NCBI GenBank assembly: GCA_963422365.1 | Contig: OY729426.1 | Span: 768,001 to 832,000 of the forward strand | Reading direction: 5' to 3' | Source: Nitrospirales bacterium | GTDB taxonomy: Bacteria > Nitrospirota > Nitrospiria > Nitrospirales > UBA8639 | DNA: 64,000 bases | Shown: piece after piece, positions 28,094 through 37,894 of the stretch | How positions within the stretch are numbered: the first letter of the stretch is position 1 | Layout: each line of letters opens with the position of its first letter | The notes under the pieces: generated by a model | The model's database searches: none | What the model was told of the DNA's origin: nothing | The model's input: only the letters and a program-made list of their open reading frames with translations | Translations under genes and position numbers: made by a program

Positions 28094-29302
28094 ATGCAGA
28101 TTCAGCCGGACGGTCATGAAAGGCCCGCGATAATGGAATTCGGCGAACACATGGCGGTGGTTTGGCAAACGGGCGTGCTCGGGGTCAGCCTGGGGGAGGT
28201 CGTGACGGCTCTCCTCGTGCTGTTCGCCTTTCTCGGCCTGCGTCGCATCTTTTTCCGGTTTGTGGTGTCCTCGCTTCGCAACGTGACCAAGAGGACCAAA
28301 ACGAATTTTGACGATCTGTTCCTCAGCGCCGTGGAAAAACCCTTGGAATTCGGCTTTGTGGTCGTGGGGGTATCCGTGGCGGGTCAGGTCCTCCCCATGT
28401 CCGCGGCCGTCGGTGAGATTTTCGACCAGTTCATTCGATCCCTGATCGCGCTGATGTTGTTCTGGGTGTTGTTTCGAGCCATTGATCCGTTGTCTTCCTT
28501 TATGGACCGCGGTCTTGACATGATGGGAAGTTCGAGCATGCGCGATACCATGAAGAGCTTCTTTGTGAAACTCGCCAAGTTCGTCGTGATCTGCCTGGGG
28601 GTCGCGGCCGTCTTTCAAGAGTGGGGATTCAACGTGGCGGCGGTGCTGGGCAGCTTGGGGCTCGTCGGGATGGCCGTGGCGTTGGGAGCCAGAGAGTTCA
28701 TTGCGAACTTATTCGCGGGGCTGACCATCTTTCTGGATCGCATGTTCGAAAAAAGCAACTGGATCCGCACGCCGGACGTGGAAGGACTCGTGGAGGACAT
28801 CGGGTTTCGCGCCACGAAAATTCGACGCTTCGACAAAGCCTTGGTGACCATTCCCAATGCGAGGTTGGCCGGGGAGGCCCTCATCAATTTTTCTCGAATG
28901 ACGAATCGGAGAATTTACTGGAGCATTGGCGTCGAATATCGCACGACCCAGGACCAACTGCGGGTGATTATCCGGGATATTCAGGAATACGTGAACGCCA
29001 GCGAGGATTTTGAAACGGATCCGGCGAAAACCAAAACGTTCGTGTTCGTGGATGCGTTTGGCGCCTCAAGCATCGATCTGATGCTCTATTGTTTTACCAG
29101 GACCACGGAGTGGGGGGAGTGGCTGGCCTGTAAGGAACGGCTGGCCTACAAGGTCAAAGACATCGTCGAAGGCCACGGCGCGGCATTTGCGTTCCCCTCG
29201 ACGTCGCTCTACGTCGAAACGCTGCCGCTCGGCAAACCCGAGACGTTTCCGCTCCCCGGGCACGACCGGCCCCAACCGGTTCCTTCTTCGGTCAGAACGT
29301 GA
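28094..29302 (+). CDS. Small-conductance mechanosensitive channel family protein
   Basis: LGSLGLVGMAVALGA, VEDIGFRATKIR, IPNA, NFSRM, AFPS. Confidence 0.92.
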   Translation: MQIQPDGHERPAIMEFGEHMAVVWQTGVLGVSLGEVVTALLVLFAFLGLRRIFFRFVVSSLRNVTKRTKTNFDDLFLSAVEKPLEFGFVVVGVSVAGQVLPMSAAVGEIFDQFIRSLIALMLFWVLFRAIDPLSSFMDRGLDMMGSSSMRDTMKSFFVKLAKFVVICLGVAAVFQEWGFNVAAVLGSLGLVGMAVALGAREFIANLFAGLTIFLDRMFEKSNWIRTPDVEGLVEDIGFRATKIRRFDKALVTIPNARLAGEALINFSRMTNRRIYWSIGVEYRTTQDQLRVIIRDIQEYVNASEDFETDPAKTKTFVFVDAFGASSIDLMLYCFTRTTEWGEWLACKERLAYKVKDIVEGHGAAFAFPSTSLYVETLPLGKPETFPLPGHDRPQPVPSSVRT

Positions 29303-29378
29303 AACGGCCAGAGAGGATTCTCTGAATGCCTGCATGGGGGTGTCCGATGAGAGGCCATTCGTCATTCAAACGCCATGT

Positions 29379-29403
29379 GTCATGCCCGCGAAGGCGGGAA
29401 TCC
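29379..29403. repeat. REP/RPE-like palindromic element
   Basis: GTCATGCCCGCGAAGGCGGGAATCC; a related copy in opposite orientation lies at 45677-45706. Confidence 0.65.
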
Positions 29404-29494
29404 GGAGCCTGGGAATCTCCAGGGGGTGGGTCGGGATCATGAACCCCGTCGGGAGATGTGGTGATCATAAGTCTTTCAACAAAGGAGGAACACC

Positions 29495-31440
29495 GTGTCA
29501 GTGATGGAAATCGGAAAAGGTATGGTCGCCTCGGTGCTGCTGGTGCTTGCACTGCTCTGCGCACCGGCCGCGGGAGCGCAGACAGACGACGAAGCCAAGG
29601 CGGCGTCTGAGCGCGGCGACCATGCCGCCGACTTTTCGAGTCGTTCCACGCCCTTGCCGAGCAGGGCCAAGCCGAGGCTCAGTACAATCTCGGGTGGATG
29701 TACGCCAATGGGAGGGGCGTGCCGCAGGATGATGCGGAGGCCGCACGCTGGTATCGGCAGGCGGCCGAGCAGGGCCATGCCGGCGCTCAGTACAATCTCG
29801 GGTTGATGTATGCCAAGGGGAGGGGCGTGCCGCAGGATGACGCGGAGGCGGTACGCTGGTATCGGCAGGCGGCCGAGCAGGGCCAAGCCGAGGCTCAGGT
29901 CAATCTCGGGTTGATGTATGCCAAGGGGAGGGGCGTGCCGCAGGATGACGCGGAGGCGGTACGCTGGTATCGGCAGGCGGCCGAGCAGGGCCATGCCGGC
30001 GCTCAGTACAATCTCGGGTTGATGTATGCCAAGGGGAGGGGCGTGCCGCAGGATGACGCGGAGGCGGTACGCTGGTATCGGCAGGCGGCCGAGCAGGGCC
30101 AAGCCGAGGCTCAGGTCAATCTCGGGGTCATGTACGACGGGGGGATAGGCGTGCTGCAGGATGACGCGGAGGCGGTACGCTGGTATCGGCAGGCGACCGA
30201 GCAGGGCGATGCCGATGCTCAGTACAATCTCGGGCGGATGTACGCCAAGGGGAGGGGGGTACCGCAGGACGAAGTGGAGGCCGCACGCTGGTATCTGCAG
30301 GCGGCCGAGCAGGGCCAGACCAGGGCTCAGGTCAATCTCGGGTGGAGGTACGCCGAGGGGGAGGGCGTGCCGCAGGATGATGCGGAGGCCGCACGCTGGT
30401 GGCGGCAGGCGGCCGAGCAGGGCCAGACCAGGGCTCAGGTCAATCTCGGGTGGAGGTACGCCGAGGGGGAGGGCGTGCCGCAGGATGATGCGGAGGCCGC
30501 ACGCTGGTGGCGGCAGGCGGCCGAGCAGGGCCAGACCAGGGCTCAGGTCAATCTCGGGTGGAGGTACGCCGAGGGGGAGGGCGTGCCGCAGGATGATGCG
30601 GAGGCCGCACGCTGGTGGCGGCAGGCGGCCGAGCAGGGCCAAGCCGAGGCTCAGGTCAATCTCGGGTGGATGTACGCCGAGGGGCTGGGCGTGCCGCAGG
30701 ACGAAGTGGAGGCCGTACGCTGGTATCGGCAGGCGGCCGAGCAGGGCGATGCCAAGGCTCAGGGCATTCTCGGGGTCATGTACGCCGAGGGGAGGGGCGT
30801 GCTGCAGGATGACGCGGAGGCGGTACGCTGGTATCGGCAGGCGGCCGAGCAGGGCGATGCCGATGCTCAGTTCAATCTCGGGCGGATGTACGCCAAGGGG
30901 AGGAGGGTACCGCAGGATGATGTTCAAGCGCACAAATGGTTCAATCTTGCCGTTGTCGCATTCCAGTCTTCTGATCAGGAGTCTCGCGACGTGGCTGTGG
31001 AAGCCCGCAACAAGGTCGCCTCGAAAATGACCCGGACCCAGCTCGAGGCCCAGCGGCTGGCGAGGGAGTGGGAGCCAAAGGACTCCTCCTCTTCCCCTGT
31101 CCCAGACGCGTCTGAGTAACGTAGACCCTCTGCCCGCTACCCTGTTGAAAAGGCGTCGACCGGCTCTGGTTTTTTTGTCAGCAGCAGAGGACACGTCCTC
31201 ACCAACGCGCACGTGGTGAGCGAGTGCGCGGACGTGGTCGTGATCGGCTCTCCGCTACGTGATCTCGTCGCTTCCGAAGCGAACGTGACCACGGGCAACG
31301 TCAGCGCACTTGCCGGTCCGGGCGAGGACCGTCGTCTGTTCCAGATGACCGCGCCCGTTCAGCCCGGCAACAGCGGCGGACCCATGCCGGATACATCGGG
31401 CCACGCAGTCGGGGTGACGGTGTCCAAGCTTCATACGGCA
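29495..31440 (+). pseudogene. Disrupted secreted Sel1-repeat + trypsin-like serine protease gene
   Basis: Signal peptide frame, frameshift at ~29625-29650, 12 Sel1 repeats, TAA at 31117-31119, then in-frame TGSGFFV...LTNAHVV...QPGNSGGP lacking the catalytic-Asp segment. Confidence 0.85.
29660..30950 (+). repeat. 108-bp tandem repeats encoding 12 Sel1 units
   Basis: Near-identical DNA units, e.g. three consecutive WRYAEGEGVPQDDAEAARWWRQAAEQG copies. Confidence 0.95.
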
Positions 31441-31458
31441 GGGAAGAGGGGCCATGAG

Positions 31459-31491
31459 GCCTGTCCCCCGTACAGGGTACGGGGGACAGGC
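31459..31491. repeat. Perfect 15-bp inverted repeat (REP/MITE-like)
   Basis: GCCTGTCCCCCGTAC-AGG-GTACGGGGGACAGGC, just after protease similarity ends. Confidence 0.8.
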
Positions 31492-31577
31492 TCTGCCGCC
31501 GACAGGGATGGCGCAGCTCACGAGAGGGGGACCCTGCGCCATGAGGCCTAGAAGGTGTCGTGTCTAGGCGACGGGGG

Positions 31578-32043
31578 TTAGTGGTAGCCGTGGTGCCGGT
31601 AACATTCGAGGGCGTCGAGAAACGCTCGGTTCGCCAGGTTGGCGGCTTTCGCCATATAGTACCGCTCCACGGTGTTGCAGTATCCGCTTCGTTCCCTTCG
31701 CTGACAAGGCTTCAAGGGGCCGTCGGGATTTTTCGAGACGTCTCGGGCGATGAAGTCGGCACTTTTTTCCACGCGGACCTGATGTTGAATTTCTTTCTGA
31801 AGAAAGGCTATTTGCGCCTTGATCCCATCGGCCTGCTCAATGGCTTGCGGGATAGACGCCTGGAGAGAAGAGCGAATCGTGCGTTTGAATGCTTTGACGT
31901 GCACCCCCTTGAGTAGCGTGTCCATTGCTTCACTGAGGTGAGACAAATTTTCCGGGCAGGTCACATGTTCCGCCGCCTGCGCCGACGACGAGGAAACAGC
32001 CAAGAATCCTAAGAGGATCGTCATAAAGAACACTCGTTTCATC
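31578..32043 (-). CDS. Hypothetical secreted protein with four Cys
   Basis: MKRVFFMTILLGFLAVSSSSAQA signal peptide; GGAGG RBS. Confidence 0.65.
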
Positions 32044-32105
32044 CAGCCTCCATCTGCTACAGTATACAGGAAATATTTTTTGTTCAATTCAGGTGAAAGC
32101 CTCAT

Positions 32106-32981
32106 ATGGAATCCAGAGAGATTCCGTGCAAAACGATTCTCAATCCCACGGGCGGATTTTTAGGTCAAGGGTTTACCCATACCATGAATCTGTACCGTGG
32201 CTGTGCGCTCGGCAAGACGCTGTGCGGGTTGTTCTGCTATGCCCAGTGGAATGCCTATCACGTCCGGGGGCGGACGTGGGGAAGGTTCCTGGACATCAAA
32301 GAAGGAGCGGAGGAAGCGTATTGTACGCACTATGATCGACTGAAGCATCCCACGTCCGGCGACCCTAAGCCCCTCAAGATTTTCATGTCCAGCGTCACCG
32401 AGCCCTATCCGCCTCAGGAACGGACAGGACGGCGAACTCGGCAGATGCTGCAAGCCATGCTTGATCGACCGCCGGACCTGTTGGTCATTCAATCGCATAC
32501 GCCGTTGGTCGTGGATGATCTTTTTCTGTTGCAGCGCCTTCAGATGCAGTGCGACGTGCAGATTCACATTACGGTGGAGACCGATACTCCAAAACTGCCG
32601 GCTCCGTTTCCGAATCACGCCTATTCGCCCCAAGCTCGAATTCAGGCGCTGCATGCCCTGCGGGTTGCCGGTCTCGACGCGGTGGCGACGGTGAGTCCCT
32701 TGTTGCCGTTGGATGATCCCCGGCGATTCGCCGGTGAGTTGGAACGGGCCTGCACCCGGGTTATCCTGGATCATTACGTGCTCGGGGACGGCAGCCCTGC
32801 TGGGCAACGGACCAAACAGACAGCGCTTCCACGACTGTTACGGGAAACGGGCTATGGCGAATGGACGACGTTACGGAAATTTCATGAAATCGTGGACCTG
32901 TTCCGTCTCGTGTTTGGAGGCCATCGGGTCGGCGTGAGCCGGGAAGGGTTTAATGCAGGATCCACGGCTTCAATCATATGA
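32106..32981 (+). CDS. Radical SAM protein, spore-photoproduct-lyase-like family
   Basis: CKTILNP...NLYRGCALGKTLCGLFCYA, IFMSSVTEPYPPQE, TVSPLLP. Confidence 0.8.
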   Translation: MESREIPCKTILNPTGGFLGQGFTHTMNLYRGCALGKTLCGLFCYAQWNAYHVRGRTWGRFLDIKEGAEEAYCTHYDRLKHPTSGDPKPLKIFMSSVTEPYPPQERTGRRTRQMLQAMLDRPPDLLVIQSHTPLVVDDLFLLQRLQMQCDVQIHITVETDTPKLPAPFPNHAYSPQARIQALHALRVAGLDAVATVSPLLPLDDPRRFAGELERACTRVILDHYVLGDGSPAGQRTKQTALPRLLRETGYGEWTTLRKFHEIVDLFRLVFGGHRVGVSREGFNAGSTASII

Positions 32982-32993
32982 TGAAAAGAAGAG

Positions 32994-33467
32994 GTGGGGA
33001 ATAGGATGATGGTCATGAGACCAGACCAGTCACGAAGTCACAGATGCCGTATCCTTCAACGACGAACGCTGGCATGGGTGATGGTGATCTTCCTGGCGTT
33101 GGCACCGATGGTGGCTCAAGCGCAAACCGAACCTCATCCCCTGGACACCTTTCTCACGGATATTCTGGACTTTGCCGACCCCACCGGCATTCGGGGCACC
33201 ATTCGCTATCTTGACTTCGACGGACCGGTGCTCTGGTTGAATTGGGAGCAACGCTCCGATGACGAGCCGCTATTCCAAACCGGATGGACCCTCGTTCCTG
33301 GTGAGGCCACACTGGCCGTCCATCCACGAGCTTCCGATCCCATCATCGATCTGCGAGCCCTCCGGAACGGGACTGCCGTGGAATTGATCATTCAACTCGA
33401 CCCCGAGGGCAAACGCCGGATTCTGTCGTTTCGAGACATGTCCCAGCCGCCAGACATTTCTCTATAA
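32994..33467 (+). CDS. Hypothetical secreted protein
   Basis: Signal-peptide-like AWVMVIFLALAPMVAQA; start uncertain. Confidence 0.55.
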   Translation: MGNRMMVMRPDQSRSHRCRILQRRTLAWVMVIFLALAPMVAQAQTEPHPLDTFLTDILDFADPTGIRGTIRYLDFDGPVLWLNWEQRSDDEPLFQTGWTLVPGEATLAVHPRASDPIIDLRALRNGTAVELIIQLDPEGKRRILSFRDMSQPPDISL

Positions 33468-33741
33468 CTGTGTGTGTTGGGTGCATTGCCGAGGTAAGGG
33501 CTGAGCGGATCGATCAATCCGTGGTTCAAAGAAAAATTGATGCATGAAACGTCATGGTGCGGTATGATCAACGGGCCATGGATTGGGTCCATGGCCGGCG
33601 CATGTATGTGAGGTGACCGTGGGTCGTCTCCGGACCAAATCGCAGGATCATCACAAACAGCCACACGATCTCAACCGGGGAACTGGTTAGCTGTTTCTGC
33701 CTGACGGACAGTCGGCTTTTGAAGTCAACAAAGGAGGTGTC

Positions 33742-34128
33742 ATGATGTTCATGCAAGCGTACACAAACCAGACGTATGCCTTGATGCGGATCTTCGCCGG
33801 GCTGTTGTTTCTCTGGCACGGGACGCAAAAACTCTTTGCCTTTCCCGCGCCTATGCAGCATGAAGCGCCGGCGTTTGTGGTCAACGTTGCCGGTCCCATC
33901 GAATTGATCGGCGGCTTGCTGGTCATGTTGGGGCTGTTCACCCGATGGGCCGCGTTCGTATGCAGCGGACTGATGGCCGCGGCGTATTGGATGGTTCATG
34001 GGACGAAGGCGTTTTTTCCGATCATGAACGGAGGAGACTTGGCCGTGCTGTATTGCTTTGCCTTCCTGTTCATCTCAGCACAGGGTTCCGGAATTTGGAG
34101 TGTGGATGCGGCTCGTGATGCGACGTAA
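33742..34128 (+). CDS. DoxX family membrane protein
   Basis: LMRIFAGLLFLWHGTQKLF, ELIGGLLVMLGLFTRWAAF, GSGIWSVD; GGAGG RBS. Confidence 0.9.
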   Translation: MMFMQAYTNQTYALMRIFAGLLFLWHGTQKLFAFPAPMQHEAPAFVVNVAGPIELIGGLLVMLGLFTRWAAFVCSGLMAAAYWMVHGTKAFFPIMNGGDLAVLYCFAFLFISAQGSGIWSVDAARDAT

Positions 34129-34422
34129 TGGGATTGGGCGTCGGCTGGTCAGCTCTCTCTAAGCGCCGGCTCTCCTGTCGTAACTAAACGAAAGACCGGC
34201 AATAGGTACAAGGGTTTTTAACCCCGCCATTTTTGTGCAACGCGTTGTCCGTGGTGCGTGCCACGGCAGTGGTGTCGCCGTGCAGCCGTTGTGCGTGTAA
34301 AATTTGGATGTGCTTCCTGCTCTTCCCTCCTCCACGATTCCCACGCTCAATTCAACAGGCCATCCAGGTATTTCGGCCCTGTAATGTAGACCCCACCGCC
34401 ATACCAGCGTGCGCTAAAGTCA

Positions 34423-34470
34423 GATTATAATCCATATTTCAAATATACATTTGAAATATGGATTATAATC
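34423..34470. promoter_or_regulatory. Perfect 22-bp inverted repeat, likely TetR operator
   Basis: GATTATAATCCATATTTCAAAT-ATAC-ATTTGAAATATGGATTATAATC, 18 bp upstream of the TetR start; contains TATAAT. Confidence 0.75.
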
Positions 34471-34488
34471 GGTTATTCTTTACCAACT

Positions 34489-35121
34489 ATGGCCAAAACT
34501 ACGCGAGAAAAACTGATTGATGCCGCCTTGGAGGTCTTTGGAGAGCGGGGCTATCAGAATTCGACCATTCAGCAAATTGTCGAGCATGCAGGCACCAATA
34601 TTGCATCTATTAACTATCACTTCGGCGACAAAGCACGATTCTACGACGAAGTGGTCTCGCATGCCCTGAATCAGTTGGCAGAACGCGCCGATTTCGGAGA
34701 CGATCAGGCACCTCCTGACGAGCAACTGCGACGATTCATTCGCTGGTTCATGAGTCATGTCGTGGGCGTGACCGACCCCTCCTCATTTCTCGAAAAAATC
34801 CATATACAGGAAATGGTGAATCCCAGTCCGATATTGGATAAACTCGTGGGAACGTTTATTCGCCCGAATCACATGAAGCTCCGCGCCATCGTGGCGGCCT
34901 TGCTGCCGGCAGGCGCTACGGAGCAACACGTTCGCCATCATTGCTTTAGCGTGATTGGGCAGTGTTTGCACTACAAATTTGGAAGGCCGGTGATACAGCG
35001 CTTGTATCCCGATATCGAGTTCACCGCAGACTATGCCGATGTCCTGGCCGAGCACATTGCGGATGTCAGTCTGGCTGGCATGCGTGCGGCCCATGGGTCA
35101 ATGGATCATGACTGCTCATAA
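34489..35121 (+). CDS. TetR family regulator (CecR/DUF1956-like)
   Basis: TREKLIDAALEVFGERGY...ASINYHFGDK; C-terminal FSVIGQCLHY. Confidence 0.9.
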   Translation: MAKTTREKLIDAALEVFGERGYQNSTIQQIVEHAGTNIASINYHFGDKARFYDEVVSHALNQLAERADFGDDQAPPDEQLRRFIRWFMSHVVGVTDPSSFLEKIHIQEMVNPSPILDKLVGTFIRPNHMKLRAIVAALLPAGATEQHVRHHCFSVIGQCLHYKFGRPVIQRLYPDIEFTADYADVLAEHIADVSLAGMRAAHGSMDHDCS

Positions 35122-35139
35122 CGGGATGGAATTTCAGTC

Positions 35140-36618
35140 ATGATGTTCCGGTTTTTTCTGATAAGCCTGTGTATGTTCACCATGAGCGGATGCGTTCTGG
35201 GACCGGAGTATGAGCGGCCGGTGGTAGCCGAACCCGGCAGCTTTCGGATGCAGCAAGGTTCAACTCTTGAGGAGGCGTCCTTGGCAGAGTTGGGATGGTG
35301 GGAGCTCTTTGAGGACGAGAACCTTCAGTCCCTCATCCGAGAGGCATTAGTCGATAATAAGGACTTGAAACTGGCGGTCGCGCGAGTTCGAGAAGCTCGT
35401 GCCCAACTCATTGCCACCGGTGCCGATCAATTTCCCCAGATCGACGGCAAGACCAGTGTTCAACGTAATCAACCGTCTTCGGCCGTGCTTCGGCAGTTCG
35501 GTCTCCCTCGTGATCCTACCCAACCTACTGCCGGCAACCTGACAATCCCCGCCACGAATCAGTTCATGGCCACGGCGGAGCTGTCTTTTGAAATTGATCT
35601 GTGGGGCAAACTTCGTCGAGCCACGGAAGCGGCCCAAGCCGACGTGCTTGCCCGAGAATGGGCACGCCGGACGGTCGTGCTGACGCTGGTGAGCGATCTT
35701 GCCCGGGCGTATTTCGAGCTTCAAGAATTGGATGTTCAACTGGAGCTTGCCCAGCGTACACTCAAGACCCGACAAAAGGCACTCGAGATTACCCGGTTGC
35801 GAACGTTCATGGGGCAGAGTTCGACGCTGGATGTTCGTCGCGCAGAGCAAGCAGTGATTCGCGCTCAGGCCGTCCTTCCCGACCTCGAACGCCAAATCGG
35901 GCACAAGGAAAACCAACTCAGCATCCTGGCGGGACGGAATCCCACGACCATCGTGCGTGGGGCGTCGTTGCGCGATCATCCTTTGCCGCCCGACGTGCCT
36001 GCAGGGTTGCCATCGGCTCTGCTTGAGCGGCGTCCGGATATTGTGGAAGCCGAACAACAGTTAGTTGCAGCCAATGCCAAAATCGGCGTGGCCAAAGCGG
36101 CGTTTTTCCCTCAGATGAGTCTCACGGGAAATTTCGGCGCACAGAGCGTACAATTTGCCGACCTTTTTGTCGGTACCTCGCGGATCTGGTCGCTGGGGCC
36201 TGCGCTTACCGTGCCCATTTTTAACGCGGGGCGCCATCGAGCCAATTTGGAAATAAGGAGAGCCCAACAAGAGCAGGCGCTTCTTTCCTACGAACGGACC
36301 ATTCAGCAAGCCTTTCGAGAAGTGGAAGATGCCCTCATTGCTCATCAAAAAATTCGAGAGGTCCTGACAGACCAGGAACGACTGGACGACCTTGCCCGTG
36401 AAGCCTTGGAGTTGGCACAACTCGAATACCTGAATGGGAAAGCCTCGTACTTGGCGGTCCTGGTGGCTCAGCGCGAGGTGTTTCAAGCGAAAACTTCCTT
36501 GGCTCAAACTCAACGCAATCAACTCCTCGCCGTCGTTCACTTGTATAAATCCCTTGGGGGCGGATGGAATCAGCAACCCGCGTCGCAGGACCTCGCCATG
36601 CGGGAGGTGCCCCGGTGA
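35140..36618 (+). CDS. RND efflux outer-membrane lipoprotein (NodT/OprM family)
   Basis: Lipobox MSGC; FEIDLWGKLRR; LLERRPDI; LYKSLGGGW. Confidence 0.93.
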   Translation: MMFRFFLISLCMFTMSGCVLGPEYERPVVAEPGSFRMQQGSTLEEASLAELGWWELFEDENLQSLIREALVDNKDLKLAVARVREARAQLIATGADQFPQIDGKTSVQRNQPSSAVLRQFGLPRDPTQPTAGNLTIPATNQFMATAELSFEIDLWGKLRRATEAAQADVLAREWARRTVVLTLVSDLARAYFELQELDVQLELAQRTLKTRQKALEITRLRTFMGQSSTLDVRRAEQAVIRAQAVLPDLERQIGHKENQLSILAGRNPTTIVRGASLRDHPLPPDVPAGLPSALLERRPDIVEAEQQLVAANAKIGVAKAAFFPQMSLTGNFGAQSVQFADLFVGTSRIWSLGPALTVPIFNAGRHRANLEIRRAQQEQALLSYERTIQQAFREVEDALIAHQKIREVLTDQERLDDLAREALELAQLEYLNGKASYLAVLVAQREVFQAKTSLAQTQRNQLLAVVHLYKSLGGGWNQQPASQDLAMREVPR

Positions 36619-37886
36619 CGGACGCACTCGTCTCAGCGGACACAAAATCAACCATGTTGAGGATTGTCCTGCCTCTTGTCGTCATCGCATTGGCCGTCTT
36701 GGTGGCATGGTTCTTGATTGTCTCTGGTCCTACCGTACCCAAAGCCTCGAGAGGCGTCAAACCGACCTTTGTCGAAGTCCTGACCGCACGAGTCCAAAAC
36801 GAGCGCGCGGTCATCACCGCGTATGGGACCGTACAAGATCATCAGCGATTGATCGTTCAACCGGAAGTCAGTGGCCGGGTGGTAAAACTCAATCGTCGTT
36901 TAGTGATTGGAGAAACCCTGGGGAAAGGGGCAACCTTGTTGCAGATCGATCCGCGTGATTATCAGGTGGCGGTGGATGAGCAACGAGCCTTCTTGGCGAA
37001 AGCCGAATTTGATTTGAAGGTGGAACTGGGCAATCAAGCCGTTGCAAAACGCGAATGGACCCTGTTGAACCCGTCTGCCGACGAAGTCACTGCGTTGAGT
37101 CGACAACTGGCGCTTCGCCGTCCGCATCTCAAAGAAAAACGCATTGCGTTGATAGCGGCGAAGAGTCGGTTACGTAAGGCGCAGTTGGACTTACAGCGAA
37201 CGATTCTACGAGCCCCGTTTCATGCGTTGGTGCTCAATGAATCCGTCGAGAAGGGCCAACTCATCAATGCGCAAAGTTCCGTGGCGACATTGGTCGGCAC
37301 GGATGAGTTCCGGGCGCAAGTGAGTGTGCCCATACAGCAGTTGGATTGGATTTCCTTTCCCGGCCCCGGTCGCCCTCACGGATCACCCGTTCGGATAATT
37401 CGCGAACGCGGCAACAGCGAACCGGTGGTGCGGCAGGGAACCGTCGTCGAATTGCTGGGCGACGTGACGCAAAATGGCCGGATGGCACAGATTCTGGTCT
37501 CAATCCCGGATCCTTTGGAATTGAAAAAGCCCGCCAAGGTTCGTCGTCCCCTCTTATTGGGCGAATACGTCCACGTCGAAATAGAAGGTCCCGAGTTCCA
37601 CGACGTGATTGTCTTGCCTCGAGATACGATTCGGGAAGGCACTCGTGTCTTGGTCAAAAATGCCGAGAATCAATTGGAAGTGCGTCCGGTTGAAGTCGTC
37701 CTTTCTCGAAAGGATACGGTCCTCATCAGCCAAGGCCTTCAGGACGGAGAGGAGGTCATTACGAGTCAAGTCCCTGCGGCGATTCCCGGGCTACTGGTGC
37801 AGACCCTTGATGAACCCACGTCTCCTGCGAGTCCTTCTCCGGAATCCGGTGATCCCGGACACGCGTCAGCCGTACTTACCGAGTAA
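36615..37886 (+). CDS. RND efflux periplasmic adaptor subunit
   Basis: PEVSGRVV, LQIDPRDY, LQRTILRAPF, GLQDGEEVI. Confidence 0.9.
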   Translation: MTDALVSADTKSTMLRIVLPLVVIALAVLVAWFLIVSGPTVPKASRGVKPTFVEVLTARVQNERAVITAYGTVQDHQRLIVQPEVSGRVVKLNRRLVIGETLGKGATLLQIDPRDYQVAVDEQRAFLAKAEFDLKVELGNQAVAKREWTLLNPSADEVTALSRQLALRRPHLKEKRIALIAAKSRLRKAQLDLQRTILRAPFHALVLNESVEKGQLINAQSSVATLVGTDEFRAQVSVPIQQLDWISFPGPGRPHGSPVRIIRERGNSEPVVRQGTVVELLGDVTQNGRMAQILVSIPDPLELKKPAKVRRPLLLGEYVHVEIEGPEFHDVIVLPRDTIREGTRVLVKNAENQLEVRPVEVVLSRKDTVLISQGLQDGEEVITSQVPAAIPGLLVQTLDEPTSPASPSPESGDPGHASAVLTE

Positions 37887-37894
37887 CCCCGTCC

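Noticed and set aside
29476..31212. 578-aa minus-strand ORF and 289-aa alternative-frame ORF
   Set aside because: Shadow frames of the GC-rich Sel1 tandem repeat.
34130..34420. Intergenic short ORFs between doxX and tetR
   Set aside because: No recognisable motifs or structure.
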